A stretch of 64,000 nucleotides of DNA from an uncultured Candidatus Saccharibacteria bacterium (GCA_964531785.1 CAZHFF010000002.1:157851-221850), one strand, 5' to 3'; shown: positions 25,848 to 36,695, counted from the stretch's first letter. The notes: a model not told the origin generated them from the letters alone. Program-made: numbers and translations.

Positions 25848-27707
25848 ATGACCTTCATTTTCCGTACAATAGAAACAGATCGGCGCGCAGGCTTTTCGCT
25901 CATCGAGGCGCTCATTGCGGTTGGGCTGTTCAGCATCATCGCGGTCATGGCGGTCGGCAGCTTGACGTCGATCATGGACGCCAACCGCAAAGCGCGCGTC
26001 CAGAAGCTCGTCACGAACAACGTTTATGCAGCCGTGGAAAAGATGACCCGCGAGCTACGTGAAAGTGAAGGCATACAGAGCATTGCCGCGAACTCGATCA
26101 CCTTTCTCTATGACGACCAGTTCGTGGGCCCCGTCAGTGTCACTTACTCGCTCAACACGGTGTCGGGGGTGATATACCGGAACGATGGGTCAGGACCGGT
26201 CGCCGTGACCTCGTCCCTTGTTAAGGTGGATGCGCTCACCTTTACCCAGCTCAACCAGAACGTGACCAGTCAACGGCAGGGCGTGCTTATTTCGGTGACC
26301 GGTGTCGCGGGAACAGGAGCCGAAACATCCTCGTTCAGTATCCAGACCGTTATTAGCTCGCGCATACAAGAGTTCGTCGTGCGCGACATGACCGTTTATC
26401 AGACGCCGGCACTCCAATCGTTCGGTTCAAGTATTCCCCTTTCCTCGTTCACTTCCACAAGCTATCAGAGCTCACACAGCACCGAGCCGAAAACAGGCAC
26501 GGTCACCACCTACCCGTCCGGTACCCACCTAACCAACCGCTCAGAGGTACAGATCTGTCCCTTCACCGGTGGAGTGATCGTCGACTTCGAACACGGCAAA
26601 GGCGTACGCTTCACCTTCTCGTCCCAGGATATTGCGGTGAACGATGCGACGGGAAAAGCGCTCGCGGCAGACGCGGTGACCTGTGATTACAAGGTCGATA
26701 CCCAGTGGGATTGGAGCAACTTTCCTACGGAGAAGTACACCGACCGGGTCGACCGTAGGATCTGGCAGCTCTATGAAGGGGTAAGTCCGGTCAGTGGCGT
26801 CTGTGCGAGCTGGAATATGAGCACGTTCCACTGTACGACCTGGACCAGAGAACCCTCGTGTCCGCTCAACACCACCGTACCCGCAGGTACCTACGATATC
26901 CACATCGCGATGTTCGACGAGCACCACTGTGCGACCTGGAGCGGCGACGTATGCACGTCCTGGAAGACCCAAACGAGTTCGCTGCAGAGTCACGAGCGTG
27001 CGAAGCTGCGCCTCTACAGCGCCGCATCCCCCCGACCGATCACGAGAACCTCTGCTTATGTGCTCGAGACCGGCTATTCAATCGATATACCCAGCAATGT
27101 AGCCGGAACGATCACCACGCTTGGCACGGACGTCGCGCTACCAACAATAACTGCGGTCGCGACCTTCCACGACCCGAACTGGGACAACAACGACCGGTGG
27201 CAGAGCGTCTTTGCAGCTTGCGCACAGTTCATCTGCAAGGACCCGGTCGGGGTTGGTTGTAATGCAAGTGGCGGAGGCAGCGGTTCGACCTGCCCTGCCG
27301 GCTTTGTCGAATGCTCGCCGGGCTCTTCGCAGTGTAAGCCGCAGGACGCAGGTGGCATTACGTATTCCTGCTGCAGTGGCGAAGCAAAATATTGTGGCTC
27401 GAACGAGGGTACCTGCTCAGGCTCGGGCGCGAGCGCCCAATGTGCCAGTACGGTAGCAGGGACGTGTGGCGGGAGCACACCGGTCGCGTGTGCCGATCCC
27501 GTGAATCCCAGCAGCACGTACTGCATACCGAACGATGGCACCGCGGCGTTCGGTATCGGCGGCGCACCGGTCTGCTGCGGTAGTGCGGGAAGGCCTGATC
27601 GCTTCTGCCCGACAGGCTATGCATGCTCACCGGACGGTCAGTGTTTCGCTGGAGGTGGTGTCGGCACGGTGACCGGGACTCAGGAGCTGAACACCCAGGA
27701 GTTTTGA
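25848..27707 (+). CDS. giant (about 620 aa) pilin-like protein with cysteine-rich C-terminal module; tip-adhesin candidate
   Basis: MTFIFRTIETDRRAG|FSLIEALIAVGLFSIIAVMAV prepilin N-terminus. By my count the last ~150 residues contain ~19 Cys in C-x(n)-C / CC arrangements. Confidence 0.7.
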   Translation: MTFIFRTIETDRRAGFSLIEALIAVGLFSIIAVMAVGSLTSIMDANRKARVQKLVTNNVYAAVEKMTRELRESEGIQSIAANSITFLYDDQFVGPVSVTYSLNTVSGVIYRNDGSGPVAVTSSLVKVDALTFTQLNQNVTSQRQGVLISVTGVAGTGAETSSFSIQTVISSRIQEFVVRDMTVYQTPALQSFGSSIPLSSFTSTSYQSSHSTEPKTGTVTTYPSGTHLTNRSEVQICPFTGGVIVDFEHGKGVRFTFSSQDIAVNDATGKALAADAVTCDYKVDTQWDWSNFPTEKYTDRVDRRIWQLYEGVSPVSGVCASWNMSTFHCTTWTREPSCPLNTTVPAGTYDIHIAMFDEHHCATWSGDVCTSWKTQTSSLQSHERAKLRLYSAASPRPITRTSAYVLETGYSIDIPSNVAGTITTLGTDVALPTITAVATFHDPNWDNNDRWQSVFAACAQFICKDPVGVGCNASGGGSGSTCPAGFVECSPGSSQCKPQDAGGITYSCCSGEAKYCGSNEGTCSGSGASAQCASTVAGTCGGSTPVACADPVNPSSTYCIPNDGTAAFGIGGAPVCCGSAGRPDRFCPTGYACSPDGQCFAGGGVGTVTGTQELNTQEF

Positions 27708-27728
27708 CCAGCATCACCCTCATCCTGA

Positions 27729-28565
27729 ATGCGCAATGATGCCATGAGTACCGTATTACACGGCAGCAACCGAAGCGAACGCGTGACCATCCGGAGTCGA
27801 GGCTTTACGTTGGTCGAAACGCTCATAGCGCTGTTCGTGCTCACTATCGGCCTCGTGGGGCCGATCGGTCTTGCCTCGAAGACGCTCCGTGCGGGTCAGA
27901 ACGCCGAGGATAAAGTTACGGCGGTATACCTCGCCCAAGAGGCGACCGAATTCGTCAAGAACATTCGGGATAGTAACATCGAGCGAAAGAAAACGAACCC
28001 AGCGGCCGGCTTCCTCGATGGCCTTGGCGCGTGTGTGAATGCATGGTGCGAGGTCGAGACCAGCAAGCCGACACTGCCAGCGGCGCTCACGACGTGTTCG
28101 GGTACCACTGCTGCCGGCTGTTCTCGAAAGTTCAAGTACCACAATAATAAGTATTTTTATGACACGGCGCCCAATACCGACTTTCAGCGTGCGGTGCGTA
28201 TCACGCACAGCGGACACGAGGCTATCGTCGATGTGGTCGTGAGCTACCTCATTCGATCGGTCCCCTATACCGCGACCGTTCGCACGGTCATGTACGATCT
28301 CGGCTCGGCGAGTAGCGTCGCGGTGCCGGTGTGTGGAAATGGTGTGTGCGAGTGGGGCGAGAGCGCAGCCCAATGTCCGTCTGATTGCGGCGCAGGCGCT
28401 TCGGGTGGAGACACAGACAACGATAGCTGGCCTGATGCGGGCGACAACTGCTGGTGCGTCGCAAACCCCACACAGCAGGATAGTGACGGCGATGGCGTGG
28501 GTAACGTGTGCGACTGGGGACATGCGAGTTTCGTCAAATGCTGCAGCGCGAGCTGCGGTCAGTGA
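27729..28565 (+). CDS. minor pilin (PilV-like N-terminus) with C-terminal Cys-rich and thrombospondin-type-3-like Ca-binding repeats
   Basis: SRG|FTLVETLIALFVLTIGLVGP; C-terminus CGNGVCEWGESAAQCPSDC...DTDNDSWPDAGDNCWCVANPTQQDSDGDGVGNVCD. Confidence 0.7.
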   Translation: MRNDAMSTVLHGSNRSERVTIRSRGFTLVETLIALFVLTIGLVGPIGLASKTLRAGQNAEDKVTAVYLAQEATEFVKNIRDSNIERKKTNPAAGFLDGLGACVNAWCEVETSKPTLPAALTTCSGTTAAGCSRKFKYHNNKYFYDTAPNTDFQRAVRITHSGHEAIVDVVVSYLIRSVPYTATVRTVMYDLGSASSVAVPVCGNGVCEWGESAAQCPSDCGAGASGGDTDNDSWPDAGDNCWCVANPTQQDSDGDGVGNVCDWGHASFVKCCSASCGQ

Positions 28566-28573
28566 CCTATAAT

Positions 28574-29053
28574 ATGCAAAGGAACACAGAACAGGGGTTC
28601 GTACTCGTGTACACGCTCGTCTTATTGGTCACGGTGCTGTCTGTGAGCGGTACCATACTGACGATATACCTGAAAGAGCTCAAGCTCTCAACGGTCGGGC
28701 GTGAATCCATGGTCGCCTACTACGCTGCTGAGTCAGGTGCCGAGTGTGCGTTCTATTGGCTCTTGCGGGGGGCCAACTACAACCTGAACGGGCCGCTTAC
28801 GGCGCTCTACGACGACGATGCGAACCCGCTCACCGCTCCTGCGTCCATGCCGGCGACCTGCCTGGGCGTGCAGCCGACCGTGAGCGGCCGGAGCTTCACC
28901 TGGTATGCTTATCCTGGGGATGTGAGCAAGCCGTGTGCCACGGTCGAGGTCGTCTATACGCCGGGGGTACCCACATCCATCAGGGCTCGGGGATACAATA
29001 TATGCACGAACGCTGTCGGGCAGGTGGAGCGAGGTTTCGAACTGACCTACTAG
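28574..29053 (+). CDS. PilX-like minor pilin
   Basis: MQRNTEQG|FVLVYTLVLLVTVLSVSG (PilX_N-like, no Glu5). Last gene of the pilin block. Confidence 0.55.
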   Translation: MQRNTEQGFVLVYTLVLLVTVLSVSGTILTIYLKELKLSTVGRESMVAYYAAESGAECAFYWLLRGANYNLNGPLTALYDDDANPLTAPASMPATCLGVQPTVSGRSFTWYAYPGDVSKPCATVEVVYTPGVPTSIRARGYNICTNAVGQVERGFELTY

Positions 29054-31132
<2,079 letters not shown>

Positions 31133-31182
31133 CACCGCTCTCCCCGTAGAGCAAACAGGCAGAACGTGGTATAGTCATCCCC

Positions 31183-31464
31183 ATGATACGGAGGGAAGAC
31201 GTGCAAAAGCTTGCGGAACTCTCGCTTCTTCGGGTCGACGATGCCGAGGTCGACCGGTTCACGGGCGAGATCGACGCCATCCTGGCGTACGTTTCGGAAC
31301 TTGGTGAGCTTGCTCTCGAGGAAGATGTCGCACAGGTTCCGGACCTCCGGAACGTTATGCGTGATGATGTGGACCCCCACGAGCCTGGCATGTACACGGA
31401 ACGGTTGCTGAACGAGACCCCGCGGCGGCATGGCGATTGGCTGCGCGTGAAAAAGATACTCTAA
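31183..31464 (+). CDS. gatC: Asp/Glu-tRNA amidotransferase subunit C
   Basis: 93 aa; VQKLAELSLLRVDDAEVDRFTGEIDAILAYV pattern; immediately upstream of gatA. Confidence 0.85.
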   Translation: MIRREDVQKLAELSLLRVDDAEVDRFTGEIDAILAYVSELGELALEEDVAQVPDLRNVMRDDVDPHEPGMYTERLLNETPRRHGDWLRVKKIL

Positions 31465-31480
31465 CCATCTGTTACGGTAT

Positions 31481-32899
31481 ATGGATACCAAGTCCCTCAC
31501 GCTCACCGAAGCCCGATCCCTACTCGACACGAGGAAGCTCTCTGCAGTAGAACTTGTGCATGCATACCTCGATGCGATCGCGGCCGATGAGAACAAGATA
31601 CAGGCGTATCTTGAGGTCTTTACAGATGTCGAGGAGCAAGCGCGTTTGGCGGATACACGGCTCGCGCGCGGGGAACGCAGCCCGCTCTTGGGTATACCGC
31701 TCGCGCTCAAGGACAACATCTTGATCGAGGGCAGGAAGGTGAGTGCGGCATCGAAAATGCTCGAGGGATACACGGCTTCCTACGATGCGACCGTCACTAA
31801 AAAATTGCGGGAGCAAGGTGCCGTCTTCCTCGGTAGAACCAACTGTGATGAGTTCGCCATGGGCTCTTCGACGGAGAACAGTGCGTACCAGGTGACCAAG
31901 AATCCGCACGACCTCGCCCGCGTGCCGGGCGGTTCGTCAGGCGGCAGTGCCGCGGCAGTTGCCGGCGGCTTGGCGCTAGTAGCCCTTGGGTCTGATACTG
32001 GCGGCTCCATCCGACAACCGGCTGCGCTCTGCGGTGTCGTTGGGCTCAAGCCCACGTATGGCTCGCTTTCACGAAACGGCTTGATCGCGATGGGCTCCTC
32101 GCTCGATGTTATCGGTCCGTTCGCCCGTACGGTCGAAGATGTGGAAACCCTGTTCACCGCGCTCCGCGGTAACGATCCGCTGGACAGCACGACCGTTCCT
32201 GCTTCGTCACGGTACGCGCTGCCCAAGGACTCGTATACGATCGGTGTACCACGTGCATTCCTCGAGAAAGGGGTCGATGCGGATGTGCTCGCAGCGTTCG
32301 AGCGAGGGCTCCATGCGCTCGAAACGGCCGGGCATCGCGTCGTGGATATCGAGTTGCCGAGCCTTCGGTATGCGCTCGCGGTCTATTACGTGATCATGCC
32401 GGCTGAGGTATCGACGAACCTTGCGCGGTTCGACGGGGTGCGCTACGGACTCTACCATGAGGGTGCGAACCGTATCGATGACTACAAAGAGAGTCGCGGC
32501 ATGGGCTTTGGTAGGGAGGTGCGCAGGCGCATCCTCCTCGGCACCTACGTGCTCTCTTCCGGCTACTATGACGCCCACTATGGGAAGGCCATGCGTGCGC
32601 GAGCGGCCCTTCAGCGTGATGTGCGCGATGTGTTCCGCACGATCGATGCGATCGCGACACCGACGACTCCGAGTCCTGCGTTCAAGCTGGGTGAGAAGAC
32701 GGCGGATCCGCTTGCGATGTACCTTGAGGACGTATTCACCGTACCCGCGAACATCATCGGGGTCCCGGCACTGTCGGTGCCGTGTGGCACAGCGGTGCGC
32801 GAGAACGCGGAGCTTCCGCTCGGTTTCCAGCTCATGGCCCCGTCGCTCCATGAGGCAACGCTCTTCGCGCTCGGTCGCACGGTCATGGACGCCCGGTAA
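31481..32899 (+). CDS. gatA: Asp/Glu-tRNA amidotransferase subunit A (amidase signature)
   Basis: GGSSGGSAAAVA...GSDTGGSIRQPAA amidase signature; KDNI motif. Confidence 0.95.
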   Translation: MDTKSLTLTEARSLLDTRKLSAVELVHAYLDAIAADENKIQAYLEVFTDVEEQARLADTRLARGERSPLLGIPLALKDNILIEGRKVSAASKMLEGYTASYDATVTKKLREQGAVFLGRTNCDEFAMGSSTENSAYQVTKNPHDLARVPGGSSGGSAAAVAGGLALVALGSDTGGSIRQPAALCGVVGLKPTYGSLSRNGLIAMGSSLDVIGPFARTVEDVETLFTALRGNDPLDSTTVPASSRYALPKDSYTIGVPRAFLEKGVDADVLAAFERGLHALETAGHRVVDIELPSLRYALAVYYVIMPAEVSTNLARFDGVRYGLYHEGANRIDDYKESRGMGFGREVRRRILLGTYVLSSGYYDAHYGKAMRARAALQRDVRDVFRTIDAIATPTTPSPAFKLGEKTADPLAMYLEDVFTVPANIIGVPALSVPCGTAVRENAELPLGFQLMAPSLHEATLFALGRTVMDAR

Positions 32900-32958
32900 T
32901 CGTTTTTCGTACACATACGACCGCAACCAATCGGCCCGTTGTGCGCTACAATAGTAGC

Positions 32959-34284
32959 ATGGCCGAGGAAGGTAGCAGTGCGAAGGTGTATACGCTCGAA
33001 GACCTCGTTTTCCTCCTTTTCTTCCTGCTCGTGGTTTCGCATATGCTCGGGCGGATACCGCTCTTCCTTGAAGAGCAGTTCGGTGTGCGGCTGGGTCAGC
33101 AAGAGCTCGGGCTCGCATCGGCCGGTCTTGACCGTGCAACGCCGCTTGGTACGCCGGTCACGGTCGTGAACGGTGCGCCGTTTGCGGAGCGTGCTGGGGG
33201 TCCTCCGAACAGTTCGCTCCTTCCCGGTACTGAAACGACCCTTGAGGACGGACCGAAGACCATCGGACTCAAACGGTACTGGTACGTGCGCGATCCGCTG
33301 ACCGGGCAGGGCGGATGGGTCGAGGAGCGATACCTGGTCAAGAGCGGCGCGAGCGGGTTCGATGCAGCGACCCGTGCAGGTGCCCGGGTGCGCTCGGTCA
33401 TTGACGTTTTGCTCTGGTCCGAGCCTGCAGGTGCCGTGCAGGCTGGGATCATGGCCGCAGGAACGTTAGGTACGCTCCGTGAGGGTCCCGTGCTAGAGCG
33501 AGGTGGGCGGTGGTGGTTCGTTGATCAGGATGATTCTCGTGAGGACGGGTGGGTCCCGGAGAGCGGCCTTGCGCTCGGTGCCGAACCCACGTTCCGGCGG
33601 AACATGCAGGTCGTTGCACGCTACAGCACCGACCTATTCGAACGAGCCGGGGGAGGGCAGACGATCGGCGTTCTTGCGGAGGACGAATCCGGTCGTGTCA
33701 TCGAGGGACCGGTCGAGGTAGGCGGTGCCGCTTGGTGGTACGTCACGAGCCGGAGCGGTCAAGCGGGCTGGGTCCCGGAGAGTGCGCTTACAGAGGGCGG
33801 CGTCCGTGGTTGGCTGCGCGGCGTACTTTTCATCTTTGCCGTCGTTGCGTCCTTACTCACGGTCGTTCTGCTCGCCGGGCTCCTCTATGTGACGTTCCGC
33901 ACCAATCAGATACGCGCGAAAGAAGCACGTCGCATCCGAGACGCGATCCCGAAACGAATGGACGTGTTGAGGAACGAACGATGGGAGCAGGTAATGCGCA
34001 ACGTCAGTTCGGAAAACCCGAACGACTGGCGTCTGGCTATCATCGAGGCCGATATCATGCTCGATGAGCTGGTTACGAAAATGGGGTACCAGGGGAATAC
34101 GCTCGGCGAGAAGCTCAAGCAGGTAACCCGGGGTGACCTACGGTCGCTCGACAGTGCCTGGGAGGCACATAAGGTACGTAACCAAATAGCCCATGCCGGG
34201 TCGGATTTCATCCTTTCAGGGCGGGAGGCGCGTAGGGTGATCGAGCTCTATGGCGAGGTGTTCAGTGAGGTCCGGTACATTTAA
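32959..34284 (+). CDS. membrane protein: N-terminal TM, three SH3b-like repeats, second TM, C-terminal helical domain with an RNxxxH (HEPN-like) motif
   Basis: Repeats end ...GGWVEERYL, ...DGWVPESGL, ...AGWVPESAL. TM VLFIFAVVASLLTVVLLAGLLYV. C-terminus AWEAHKVRNQIAHAG. Confidence 0.6.
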   Translation: MAEEGSSAKVYTLEDLVFLLFFLLVVSHMLGRIPLFLEEQFGVRLGQQELGLASAGLDRATPLGTPVTVVNGAPFAERAGGPPNSSLLPGTETTLEDGPKTIGLKRYWYVRDPLTGQGGWVEERYLVKSGASGFDAATRAGARVRSVIDVLLWSEPAGAVQAGIMAAGTLGTLREGPVLERGGRWWFVDQDDSREDGWVPESGLALGAEPTFRRNMQVVARYSTDLFERAGGGQTIGVLAEDESGRVIEGPVEVGGAAWWYVTSRSGQAGWVPESALTEGGVRGWLRGVLFIFAVVASLLTVVLLAGLLYVTFRTNQIRAKEARRIRDAIPKRMDVLRNERWEQVMRNVSSENPNDWRLAIIEADIMLDELVTKMGYQGNTLGEKLKQVTRGDLRSLDSAWEAHKVRNQIAHAGSDFILSGREARRVIELYGEVFSEVRYI

Positions 34285-34368
34285 GTAATACAAACAGGCT
34301 TGCGTCTTCTGGCAGGCCTACCTGGGCGGTCCGCCGGCACTGGTTTGCCCGTGTATCCCTCAAGCGCG

Positions 34369-34388
34369 AAAAACGACCGCACCGGTCG
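34369..34388 (-). terminator. Rho-independent terminator closing the tRNA-CAU/echo unit
   Basis: Minus strand CGACCG-GTG-CGGTCG followed by TTTTT, immediately after the duplicated tRNA 3' end. Confidence 0.65.
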
Positions 34389-34398
34389 CCTTTCGCTT

Positions 34399-34418
34399 CG
34401 TGTTGCGGGGCCTGGATT
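34399..34418 (-). repeat. perfect 20-nt duplicate of the tRNA-CAU 3' end (T-loop end, T-stem 3' strand, acceptor 3' strand, 4 trailer nt)
   Basis: cgtgttgcggggcctggatt is identical at 34399-34418 and 34619-34638 (offset 220 bp). Confidence 0.9.
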
Positions 34419-34544
34419 CGGGGTCAAGTTGCATCGGTATTCCTTTACGCTTCGCTCAAGTAATACCGTGCACTTCCTCCCCGACCTCGCTTGCTCCTCT
34501 CCGCAGAGTGCGAATCGGAACAAAGCTGCGGTTTGCAAATCCGG

Positions 34545-34569
34545 ACGCGAGCAAAGCAGTTTACTCGCT
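34545..34569 (-). repeat. conserved 25-nt hairpin, copy A (AGCGAGTAAACTGCTTTGCTCGCGT on the tRNA strand)
   Basis: 24/25 identical to 37764-37788 (plus strand), in the same orientation relative to the adjacent tRNA. Stem GCGAG(T/C)AAA/TTTGCTCGC, loop CTGC. Confidence 0.85.
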
Positions 34570-34622
34570 GCCCGCGCCCACGTAACAGGAAAACGGCCTC
34601 ATCAGCCGTTTTCCTTGCCGTG

Positions 34623-34693
34623 TTGCGGGGCCTGGATTTGCACCAGGGCCTCAAGGTTATGAGCCTTGCGAGCTACTACTGCTCTACCCCGCA
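34623..34693 (-). tRNA. tRNA with anticodon CAU (Met, or Ile2 if lysidine-modified); atypical features
   Basis: Minus strand TGCGGGG-TA-GAGC-AGTAGTA-GCTC-G-CAAGG-CTCATAA-CCTTG-AGGC-CCTGG-TGCAAAT-CCAGG-CCCCGCA-A. U1:A72 pair, G at position 55, no GG in the D-loop, CCA not encoded. Confidence 0.65.
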
Positions 34694-34815
34694 GGTGAAG
34701 CTATAGCCTACCACACCAGACCCCGGGGTCGCAACCATCATTTTTTTGCCTTGCGAGCGCATTCCAAATAGGTATGCTGCAAGAGTGCATATATGCACGC
34801 GTCTCTACAGATACC

Positions 34816-36006
34816 ATGTACAAACGAACCGTAGCCTCGTGTTTGCTCCTGTGCCTGACCTGCTTACCCTTGGCACCGCTTCAGGCAGGGCTCTTGGTCG
34901 GCACCAACGAAACGTCCTCGGTCGCGCGTACCGCGCAGCGTGACAGCACGAATGGTCCGTGGGTCATGGCCTACTATGTCGGCTACCACCGCGACCTGCT
35001 CCGCCCTCGTGATATCGACTACAGCCTCATGACCCACATCGTTGTCGGCGGTGTCGGGGTCCGTGCGGACGGCTCGCTCGACGAACATTGGCACGTGAAG
35101 GAGGGTGACGGCAGGGCCATGGCACGAGACGTGCGTCAGCGTGCACATCGAGCGAACGTTCGGGCGCTCATCTGGCTCGGCGGACCGAACGAAGAGGACA
35201 AGCTGCTTGCTGCAACCCAGGACTCGGTACGACCGACGACGGTGAGGAACATTCTCAAGCTCGTGGATGAGCTCGGGTATGACGGTGTCGACATCGATTG
35301 GGAACCGATCCGTAAGCAGGACGAGCCGGGCATACTTGCGCTCGTAAAGGACCTGCGTGCGGCACGTCCGAACCTCATCATCACCTTGCCGGTCAACTGG
35401 GTGCCGACCACCATCATTGCGAAGAAAGACCTCTCCCTGTACCCAAAGCTCGCACAACATGCGGATCGACTCTTTATCATGAGCTACTCCATGGCGGGTC
35501 CTTGGCCGGGTTGGCAGAGCTGGCACGGCAGTGCGCTTACGGGCGATACGTTCGCGACACCAGGCTCGATCAGGAGTTCGGTGCTTGCGTATCGACTCGC
35601 GGGTGTGCCTAAAGAAAAGCTCGGGGTGGGTGTCGGGACGTACGCCACCTGTTGGAAAGCACCGGTCCACACGCCTGGCTCGACGTATCCCGCAGGCTAT
35701 GGTCCGGGCGCGCTTCGTGTGTTGAACATGCGCACGCTCATGGAAGAACACTACGTAAAACGGAACGAACGCTGGGATGCCCGGGCACAGGTGCCGTACC
35801 TGGTCCGTTCAAAGCGTACCGGTTCGGACAGTTGCGGCTTCATCTCGTACGAAAATGAGCGGTCGATACGTCTGAAGGGTTCGTATGTGAAAGAGCAGGG
35901 TCTTGGGGGTGTGATGCTCTGGAACATCGGTACCGGGTACTTTAAAGATGGGCCGAAGGAAACGCGTCATCGCTTACTCGAAGCGCTCTACACTTCGGTT
36001 CGATAG
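34816..36006 (+). CDS. secreted glycoside hydrolase family 18 (chitinase-like)
   Basis: Signal peptide MYKRTVASCLLLCLTCLPLAPLQAG; catalytic motif DGVDIDWE; MSY and WNIG motifs. Confidence 0.8.
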   Translation: MYKRTVASCLLLCLTCLPLAPLQAGLLVGTNETSSVARTAQRDSTNGPWVMAYYVGYHRDLLRPRDIDYSLMTHIVVGGVGVRADGSLDEHWHVKEGDGRAMARDVRQRAHRANVRALIWLGGPNEEDKLLAATQDSVRPTTVRNILKLVDELGYDGVDIDWEPIRKQDEPGILALVKDLRAARPNLIITLPVNWVPTTIIAKKDLSLYPKLAQHADRLFIMSYSMAGPWPGWQSWHGSALTGDTFATPGSIRSSVLAYRLAGVPKEKLGVGVGTYATCWKAPVHTPGSTYPAGYGPGALRVLNMRTLMEEHYVKRNERWDARAQVPYLVRSKRTGSDSCGFISYENERSIRLKGSYVKEQGLGGVMLWNIGTGYFKDGPKETRHRLLEALYTSVR

Positions 36007-36026
36007 GGATACGTCATCGTGCTACC

Positions 36027-36695
36027 ATGGGGAGGTCCATGGTAGAGATGTCCGTTCGCGCGCTCGCGAGGCGCACCTATACACTTTCGGTCGAGCGTGC
36101 ACGTATGCTCGCTCTTTTCGTGGTCGCGTCGGTCGCGGTGAACGGGCTCTTCCGTATGGGCACGCTCCTGGCGAACGATCTGCTCGTCCAGACGTTCCTG
36201 TCGCTCTCGAACCTTGCGGTTTCGGCAGTGCTTGGCCTCGTCGCTACCCGCATCTCGCTCGCTATTGTCCGCGGTGAGTCGTATTCCACAGCCCAGTGGT
36301 TCGACGATCTCGCTGCATTGGTGCCGTATGTGGCAGCAACGCTCATCTACGGTGCGATCGTACTAGCAGGGCTCTGTCTGTTCATCGTGCCGGGCATCAT
36401 CTGGGCGCTTCGGTACAGTCAGTACCGGTACGCACTGCTCGACCTGCAGCTCGGGGTGTTCGAGGCCCTGACGTACAGTGCAGTGCTCACCCGCGGACAC
36501 CTCGGATCACTGCTCGTCATATTCGTAGCGGTCGTACTGTTCAATGTGCTCGGCGCACTCTTCTTCGGTGTCGGTCTCGTGGTGACCGCGGCGCTCAGTC
36601 TGGTAGCTATGGGGGTGCTCTACGACGTGCTGCTCAATGATGAACGGCAGTCGAATAGCAGCCTGCCCACAAACAACGGTCGTACCGACCGGTAA
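36027..36695 (+). CDS. polytopic membrane protein, hypothetical
   Basis: Five to six hydrophobic segments; no recognisable catalytic motif. Confidence 0.55.
   Translation: MGRSMVEMSVRALARRTYTLSVERARMLALFVVASVAVNGLFRMGTLLANDLLVQTFLSLSNLAVSAVLGLVATRISLAIVRGESYSTAQWFDDLAALVPYVAATLIYGAIVLAGLCLFIVPGIIWALRYSQYRYALLDLQLGVFEALTYSAVLTRGHLGSLLVIFVAVVLFNVLGALFFGVGLVVTAALSLVAMGVLYDVLLNDERQSNSSLPTNNGRTDR

Noticed and set aside
27756-28523. 255-aa minus-strand ORF. Analogous shadow ORFs: 34864-35751, 12067-13038 (+), 5759-6580 (+), 55205-55978, 57804-58169, 59636-60400, 61133-61864, 61891-62508, 62252-62845
   Set aside because: All lie opposite or out of frame to genes with clear family motifs, and none has its own start-site signals.
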